In this document: positions 57,853 through 64,000 of the stretch, piece by piece | How the letters are laid out: each line of letters begins with the position of its first letter | Numbering within the stretch: the first letter of the stretch is position 1 | Assembly: GCA_944326335.1 (NCBI GenBank) | Contig: CALVDM010000011.1 | Span: forward strand, 1,746-65,745 | Origin: an uncultured Bacteroidales bacterium | GTDB taxonomy: Bacteria; Bacteroidota; Bacteroidia; Bacteroidales; UBA932 | DNA length: 64,000 nt | Direction: 5' to 3' | Program-made: the position numbers and the translations under genes | Notes under the pieces: generated by a model | Databases searched by the model: none | Seen by the model: the letters and a program-made list of their open reading frames with translations, nothing else | What the model was told of the DNA's origin: nothing

Positions 57853-59952
57853 TTACCATCCCGGATTCTGGTAGAAGGTATTTGCGGCAAGTCCCATTTC
57901 ATCCGAAGGAATCGGCAGGATACTGTATTTCTCATAGTTCTCTCCCAACCTTTCTATAGGATAGGTGATGTAGGAATTGCCGGGATTTCCGGAAATCACC
58001 TTGTTTATGGCATCATACGAGCCGGTATAGGCATCCCACCTTATGAGATCTGTCCTTCTCACTCCTTCGAAGCACAACTCGCGCGAACGCTCGTCCATGA
58101 TGGTTTCAAGAGTATAGTCGGAGAAATCCACATCAGGATTCTTCGTGTTTATGTCCACGCCATAAGCCCGCCTGCGCACCTGGTTCAGGTATTCGAGTCC
58201 CTTGGATCTGTCTCCGGAGGTTCCCATCAGATGGGCCTCGGCAGCCATCAGCAGGACGTCTGCAAACCTGAGGACAGGGAAATGACAGGCCGTTATATCC
58301 CTTTCCCTGACGGGAGGGAGATTCTCCTCGTACTCTCTTCTCCATTTGCCGATGCCGCGTTCGGTCACCGTAGAAAAGCCGGTGCCGAGATTGGCTGCAT
58401 TGGGATTCAACCTTATGACCGATACCACTTTTCCGTCCACGACATCTATGGTAAGCCCGTCATTCTGGTTGCTGGCATTGACTTTCTGCAGGCCCGTCGC
58501 AGCATCGAGACTGGCACCCTGCCTGTAGCCTATGATACCGCCTGCGGCACTGTCGAACTGCCCCATGGTTGCAGGTCTCGGAGTCTTTGGAATAGTGACG
58601 GTAAACGTGGTTTCCCCGTCCGAATTCGTATAGCCGCTTCCACCATAGTCGAGGATTACGTCCTTCACGTTACCTGTAGCCACTGTCCAACCGTTCTCCC
58701 TGTCGAACACAGGCAGGAATACTGCTTCCTCGTCCCAGGTGATGCCATCAGGCATATATACCTTGAAGTACGGGTACCGCGTCTCCGGGGTACAGCCGTC
58801 TGCCATATTGTCACCGATTCTGTTCTTGTAACAGAATGTCGGTATGTTCCAGTCGCGGCGCAGGTCTCCGACAGGATAAGGGTTGCCCTCCGAAGGAACA
58901 TATTTGTCGTAAAGGTTGTTCAAAGCCCTGTAAGTAAGATCGGCGTAGCCTATGGTGGAGCTGCCTGACTGATCGGGACAAGGCACCCCCATCTGGCGGC
59001 CGAGTCTCATCGCCGTCTTGTATCTCCCGCCCTGATACTGTCCGCTTTGGACTGACTTCACGAAAAACATTATCGACCAGATTCCCTCGGGATTGTCTCC
59101 GTTCCAGGTAGCGTCGCTGCGCATGTTGTTCACGAAAAGGCGCGCATACGCCGGAAGTATCTCTTCCCCGATGACCAACGGACGGGTATTCAGTCTGTTC
59201 GGCCCGTTGGCTATGAATTCATCGGCCCAGCGTATGACATCGTTGTACTTTTCAGTGTCCCGGATATCCGGATGGGACGCCATGTACAAAGCTATCCTGT
59301 AGGACAGGGCTTCGGCTGCAGATTTCGTGATCTGCCCGCTCGAACCGACCTGGTCGATGGATTTCAGCAATGGAACGGCATCGCGGCACAGGTCAAGAGC
59401 ATACTGACATACATCCTTTACCGGTAAGCGTTCGAGAGAAGTATCCAGCCCCATATCATAGGATGATACATCCTTGATGGGAACAGGTCCGTAATTCACC
59501 GCCAAGGTAAAATGACTGAATGCCTTCAGTACCATCGCCTGGCCGCAGATATCGTCCAGTTCCTCCTGCGTCATATCGGTGCAGGTCTTGCTCATCATTA
59601 TGGCGGTGTTGCAGAATTCGTTTATCTTATACAGATTTTTCCAGAACTCCCTGACACTTGTGGTCGACGGCACGATGTTGTGGGCATTCAGGATGGTGTT
59701 GTTGGTCACCACATTGTAGCGGAATGATTCGTCAGTGTCCATCCCGCCTATCCAGCCCCAGTAGTACTCCCCCATCACCTCGGAATAAAGCAGCATGCTG
59801 TAGGCTGATGTCAGATTTCCCTTTATGGTGCCTTCCATCCCCTCTCCGTCATATACCGGCTTCCCAGGTTCTAAATTCAGATCCCAGACGGCGTCGCAGG
59901 ATGCCAGACAGAGTACTGTGGACAGGGCTGCTGTTTTCAATATATTTTTCAT
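57853..59952 (-). CDS. susD: SusD/RagB outer-membrane lipoprotein
   Basis: LASC lipobox; YGPVP, PVLRFADVLLMAAEA, ERSRELCFEGVRRTDLIRW, QNPGW. Confidence 0.95.
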   Translation of the reverse strand: MKNILKTAALSTVLCLASCDAVWDLNLEPGKPVYDGEGMEGTIKGNLTSAYSMLLYSEVMGEYYWGWIGGMDTDESFRYNVVTNNTILNAHNIVPSTTSVREFWKNLYKINEFCNTAIMMSKTCTDMTQEELDDICGQAMVLKAFSHFTLAVNYGPVPIKDVSSYDMGLDTSLERLPVKDVCQYALDLCRDAVPLLKSIDQVGSSGQITKSAAEALSYRIALYMASHPDIRDTEKYNDVIRWADEFIANGPNRLNTRPLVIGEEILPAYARLFVNNMRSDATWNGDNPEGIWSIMFFVKSVQSGQYQGGRYKTAMRLGRQMGVPCPDQSGSSTIGYADLTYRALNNLYDKYVPSEGNPYPVGDLRRDWNIPTFCYKNRIGDNMADGCTPETRYPYFKVYMPDGITWDEEAVFLPVFDRENGWTVATGNVKDVILDYGGSGYTNSDGETTFTVTIPKTPRPATMGQFDSAAGGIIGYRQGASLDAATGLQKVNASNQNDGLTIDVVDGKVVSVIRLNPNAANLGTGFSTVTERGIGKWRREYEENLPPVRERDITACHFPVLRFADVLLMAAEAHLMGTSGDRSKGLEYLNQVRRRAYGVDINTKNPDVDFSDYTLETIMDERSRELCFEGVRRTDLIRWDAYTGSYDAINKVISGNPGNSYITYPIERLGENYEKYSILPIPSDEMGLAANTFYQNPGW

Positions 59953-59965
59953 ATCTGTCGCTGTT

Positions 59966-62900
59966 TTAAAAAGTGATGTTCGCTCCGAAACTTACCACTA
60001 TGGCACGCGGATACTGTGAGTTGTCCAATCCAGCCGAGAGAGACGTGTATGGTGAAGAATTCGTAATGGCGTTATAACCCAGACCTTTGGTGTTCGCGGC
60101 ATTGCCGGCTCCGTAGAAAGAGTTCACCTCGGGATCCTGGCCGGTGTAGCGCGTCAGGACGAAAAGGTTCTGCGCCGACAGATTCAGGGACAGACCACTG
60201 ATTCTGGCCTTTCTGAGAAGGTCCGAAGGGAATCTGTAGGTCAGAGTGACATTCTTAAGTCTCAGGAAAGAGCCGTCTTCAATGATTCTGGTTGACAAAC
60301 GGGCATACTGAGTATTCCCGACATCTCCCTTTGCGTTCGGACGGATGAGACGGGGGATATCAGTGTCAGTATTTTCGGGCGTCCAGTAATTCTTGAAAGA
60401 GGCATACTGGTTCGTATAGCGACTGTAGCTTCCGGTCGTCTCGTAGACGGCCTTGTTGAAGTTTATCAGTTTGTTGCCCACGCTGTACTGGAAAAACACG
60501 TTCAGCGACCAGTTTCCGTAGCTGAAAGTGTTGGACAGGCCTCCGGTCAATACAGGAAGCGGCGAACCGAGAACGGTCCTGTCATTGTCGTCGATAACCC
60601 CGTCATCGTTGAGGTCTCTGTACTTCGGGTCTCCCGGCTGAAGCATATAGCCTCCGGTCATGGTCTTGAAGCCGGGGATTCCTGGCTTGAGTACATAGTT
60701 TCCATGGGCATCCACATCAAAATCGTCCATCTGGTACAGACCGTCGAATACGAAGCCATAGAACTGGGAAGAAGAAGCCCCGGCCTGCGCCAGCCATATC
60801 TGATTCGGGCTGAAATTCGAATAAGTATAAGTCATGGTATCCGAACCGCGGTAAAACTCCATAATTCTGCTCTTTACATAGCTGAGGGTAAACTCAGTAG
60901 ACCAGATGAAACGTCTCCTCTTTATATTTACACTGTTCAGGGATATCTCAAGACCACGAACCTGCATGCTTCCCGCATTTTCCACCCTCGTGTTGGCTCC
61001 GTTCATATAACCCATATAGTACGGTAAGGCCCTCGGAATCAGCATATCATAGACGTTCCTCATATATCCGTCCACTGCTATATAAAGCCTGTCCCTGAAA
61101 AACGAAAGGTCGAGCCCGACATTCAGTTCGTGGGTCTTTTCCCAGGTAAGTTCCTCGTTTGCATAGAAGAACGGCACTACTCCGTAGCCTGTTTCCGTCG
61201 AAGTAGGATTCGTCGGATATTCGTACATATTGTCTCCTGCGTTGAATTCGATGGCATACGCATAATCCATCACGTTCCTGTTGTTTCCTACGGAACCGTA
61301 TGAAACCCTCAACTTGGCATCGTTCAGGGCAGGCTTGCTCCACCTCATGAAAGGCTCGTCCGAAAATCTCCACGCGAAGGCTCCGGACGGGAAGATACCC
61401 CACTGATGTCCCTTGGCGAATTTGGAAGAACCGTCGTTGCGGATGGAAGCCGTGAACAGGTACCTGTCTTTCAGCGTATAATTCACCCTCGCGAGGAAGG
61501 AAACGAGCTGATTGGCAGATTTCTGGGAAGTGATTTTGCCGTATGGCGTCCCAAGATCGAGTCTGTCGAGTTTCAGGTGTTCGAAAGCCTCAGGTATGTT
61601 CGAAACGCTGAAACTGTACGGATTCCATTCACTGTATTGGTAGGTGAAACCCACCATGGCGTCTATCTTGTGGATCTTGCTGAAAGTGTTGTTGTACCGC
61701 AGAATATTCTCGTTCAGAATGCTATAGACATCGTCGATCTTGCGGGTCGCGTTGATTCCTTTGGAATTGACCATGGTGCCGTTTGCCCTCGTGAATATCA
61801 TCCCCTGACGTGTCTGGCTGTTGTAGAACTGGTCGCGCCTGGTGTTAGTGCTGTTGTAGGCGACTGACGGGGTAAAGGTAAAATGCTTCGCGAACTTGAA
61901 ATCGAACTTCCCGCTTATCATCGCCCTGTTCTGGTATCTTTTGTCATACTCGTTCTCGACCTGCTGCAAAGGAGTAATCAGAGAGCCGTAGTCTATCCCG
62001 GATTCGGTAAGCGTACCTTCGGCAAGCATCTGCTCCATTTCCTCTATGAAACTGTCCACGTCGAGGAAGCCGGTGGTAGGGAAAAACTGGCGTGCCTGGT
62101 TGAATGCGGTATTGCTGTCGGTAATGGTAGACACATAGTTGGCCATCAGGGTCACTTTCAGCCATTTGGCTATATCCTGCGAAATGGTGGCCTTGGCCGT
62201 GTATCGCTCCATGCCCGTATTCCTGACCAATCCGTTCTGGTCGGTATAGCCAAGATTCACATTGTATCTCAGACCCTTGGTACCGCCGCTGAGCGACAGG
62301 TTGTGATTGTGCGATATGGCATTCTGCGTTACTTCCTTCTGCCAGTCTATCCCCTCTTCATTCCTGTACCAGTCGAGGGTGCGTGGTCTGACCCCGAATT
62401 CGTCCGGTTCCCCGAGGTAGCGGTTCTTTATGTAGGTTCTGTTCTCCTCCAAGGCTTCCAGATCGAGCTGGAGTTTCACGTAGTCGTACGGCGACATCAT
62501 TTCGATGAAATCCGGACGCAGTGACACACTGAGATTGAAATTGTAGTTTATGCGCAGCTGGTCCGAATCAGCCTGTCTGGTATTGATTATGACCACGCCA
62601 TTGGCTCCTCTCGAACCGTATATGGCGATGGAGGACGCATCCTTCAGAACGTCTATGGACTCGATGCTCTGCGGGTCGAGAGTATTCAGACTGAAGTTCT
62701 CTATGGGGAAGCCGTCGATGATGAAAAGAGGAGATTCGTCCTGCGAAAAGCCGCCGCTCCTGATATATACGGAAGCTTCGGCTCCAGGAGCACCGTCCGG
62801 AGTGATGATGTTGAGGCCGGCTATCCTTCCTCCCAAACCGTCGGACAGGCTCACCGCATTGGTAGTCTGTATGGCATCGATATTGGCTCTGCCGACAGCT

Positions 62901-63268
62901 CCTGTCAGATCCCGTTTAGTGACGGAACCGTAGCCTATCACCACCGCCTCGTCCAGTTGGGAGTTATCGAATTCAAGTGTCACGTCGATGGTCTGTTGTC
63001 CGGTCACTTGATAGGCGTAGTCCTTGTAACCGATGCAGGAGACTGTCAGAATACTGTTTTTCCGGACAGTCAGTCTGAAAAAACCGTCAGAATCCGTCGA
63101 AGTACCGTTTCTGACATCCGCCTTGTCATAGACGGTCGCTCCTTCGACCGGCAGCCCGTCCTCATCCGTGACTGTTCCGGACACCGTGAAATTCTGTGCG
63201 GACACGGAAACCGTAGTCAGGAATGCCAGGACAAGGGTCAGCAAAAACTTTCCTGTGTTTATCAGCAT
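59966..63268 (-). CDS. susC: SusC/RagA TonB-dependent transporter
   Basis: VVIGYG, DLTGAV, VLKDASSIAIYGSRGANGVVII, LTWEKT, PGDPKYRDLN; terminal F. Confidence 0.97.
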   Translation of the reverse strand: MLINTGKFLLTLVLAFLTTVSVSAQNFTVSGTVTDEDGLPVEGATVYDKADVRNGTSTDSDGFFRLTVRKNSILTVSCIGYKDYAYQVTGQQTIDVTLEFDNSQLDEAVVIGYGSVTKRDLTGAVGRANIDAIQTTNAVSLSDGLGGRIAGLNIITPDGAPGAEASVYIRSGGFSQDESPLFIIDGFPIENFSLNTLDPQSIESIDVLKDASSIAIYGSRGANGVVIINTRQADSDQLRINYNFNLSVSLRPDFIEMMSPYDYVKLQLDLEALEENRTYIKNRYLGEPDEFGVRPRTLDWYRNEEGIDWQKEVTQNAISHNHNLSLSGGTKGLRYNVNLGYTDQNGLVRNTGMERYTAKATISQDIAKWLKVTLMANYVSTITDSNTAFNQARQFFPTTGFLDVDSFIEEMEQMLAEGTLTESGIDYGSLITPLQQVENEYDKRYQNRAMISGKFDFKFAKHFTFTPSVAYNSTNTRRDQFYNSQTRQGMIFTRANGTMVNSKGINATRKIDDVYSILNENILRYNNTFSKIHKIDAMVGFTYQYSEWNPYSFSVSNIPEAFEHLKLDRLDLGTPYGKITSQKSANQLVSFLARVNYTLKDRYLFTASIRNDGSSKFAKGHQWGIFPSGAFAWRFSDEPFMRWSKPALNDAKLRVSYGSVGNNRNVMDYAYAIEFNAGDNMYEYPTNPTSTETGYGVVPFFYANEELTWEKTHELNVGLDLSFFRDRLYIAVDGYMRNVYDMLIPRALPYYMGYMNGANTRVENAGSMQVRGLEISLNSVNIKRRRFIWSTEFTLSYVKSRIMEFYRGSDTMTYTYSNFSPNQIWLAQAGASSSQFYGFVFDGLYQMDDFDVDAHGNYVLKPGIPGFKTMTGGYMLQPGDPKYRDLNDDGVIDDNDRTVLGSPLPVLTGGLSNTFSYGNWSLNVFFQYSVGNKLINFNKAVYETTGSYSRYTNQYASFKNYWTPENTDTDIPRLIRPNAKGDVGNTQYARLSTRIIEDGSFLRLKNVTLTYRFPSDLLRKARISGLSLNLSAQNLFVLTRYTGQDPEVNSFYGAGNAANTKGLGYNAITNSSPYTSLSAGLDNSQYPRAIVVSFGANITF

Positions 63269-63317
63269 AGTTCAGTGCATTAATTAATGGTATAGTGTCT
63301 ATTGTTTTGCGGCACCG

Positions 63318-64000
63318 CTATTCTTCAGCCTCATATTTTACCCTGTACGGTACGAAGGTGAATCTCATAGTGCACGGGGCGGCATGGAGAATGTATTTCT
63401 CCAACGGAGGAGGACCGCAGCTTCTGTTTCCTATAGGGTATATGGCCTTGTCCACCTTCCACACGACATCGTCAATGCGCTTGAGTTCCGAGACATCCAC
63501 GGCTCTCGACAGGTTTTCCTGAGTATAGTGCATCACACTCGAATCGAATTTCCCGTCCGGCGAGAAGACCCCGATTCCGACATGTTTTCCCTCGATGCGG
63601 AACCAGCGGCAGGAGTGTTTGTTCCCGTTATCCTGAGGATAGACATAGTTTACGAAAGTCTCGTCCACAGTACTGTCATAGATTCCGGTCAGCACCCCGT
63701 CGTGCCTGTCGATATATGCCTCTTCCGGACCGTAGCCGTACCATCCTATTCTGTCGAAACTCCTGTCTACTGTCAGCATATAGCCCACCCTCGGGAAACT
63801 TGCGAATTCCTCGCCCACAGGCGTCAGACTGCAAGAAAGCTCGATTTCTCCTGACGGGGCAATGTCATAAGTTTCGACATAACCGACATAGCAGTCCCTC
63901 GACAGTGATTGCGCCCTGCGGGCAACGGTGATTTCAGCCTTGCCGTTCTTCATTCGAGACCTGATACCGATTGTGGTCCGCACCAAAGAGTCGAGCCCGG
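63318..64000 (-). CDS. GH2 beta-galactosidase, C-terminal domain (5' part lies outside the window)
   Basis: Frame open to the window edge; PRVG, WYGYGPEEAYIDR, YVYPQDNGN, SCGP. Confidence 0.88.
   Translation of the reverse strand, partial: GLDSLVRTTIGIRSRMKNGKAEITVARRAQSLSRDCYVGYVETYDIAPSGEIELSCSLTPVGEEFASFPRVGYMLTVDRSFDRIGWYGYGPEEAYIDRHDGVLTGIYDSTVDETFVNYVYPQDNGNKHSCRWFRIEGKHVGIGVFSPDGKFDSSVMHYTQENLSRAVDVSELKRIDDVVWKVDKAIYPIGNRSCGPPPLEKYILHAAPCTMRFTFVPYRVKYEAEE

Overview
This window comes from a Bacteroidota (Bacteroidales-like) chromosome, judged from the TAnnTTTG -7 promoter boxes, the SusC/SusD pair and the hybrid two-component system (HTCS). Positions ~1-42620 are compact housekeeping DNA: purB, an ftsB-like gene, an AmgK-RapZ/MurU-like pair, pncB-pncA, a putative porin with an MltF-like gene, a LolC/E-like permease, an M13 peptidase, rsmF-like, pyrE, queA, dprA, tatD, asparaginase, exbB-exbD-exbD, alkaline phosphatase, asnS, udk, an S41 peptidase, an acyl-CoA ligase, ridA, tRNA-Arg(CCT), rpmF, typA and guaA. 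Four bases after the guaA stop codon, a polysaccharide utilisation locus (PUL) of more than 21 kb begins on the minus strand and runs off the right edge. In transcription order it encodes a GH2 C-terminus, SusC, SusD, a DUF5017-like lipoprotein, an HTCS embedded mid-operon, a 732-aa unknown protein, a pilin-like lipoprotein with a carbohydrate-binding module (CBM), a free-standing duplicate of that CBM, a 1338-aa unknown protein and a GH105. The two unknown proteins have heparinase II/III-like lyase architecture but lack the usual HxHxD motif. This PUL is the best candidate for an undescribed system: possibly new lyase families acting on an unidentified uronic-acid glycan. The intergenic DNA also holds two families of small palindromic repeats and a 230-bp mosaic of seven hairpins. 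No CRISPR array, integrase or transposase ORF was seen. All family assignments are by eye from motifs; no database searches were run.
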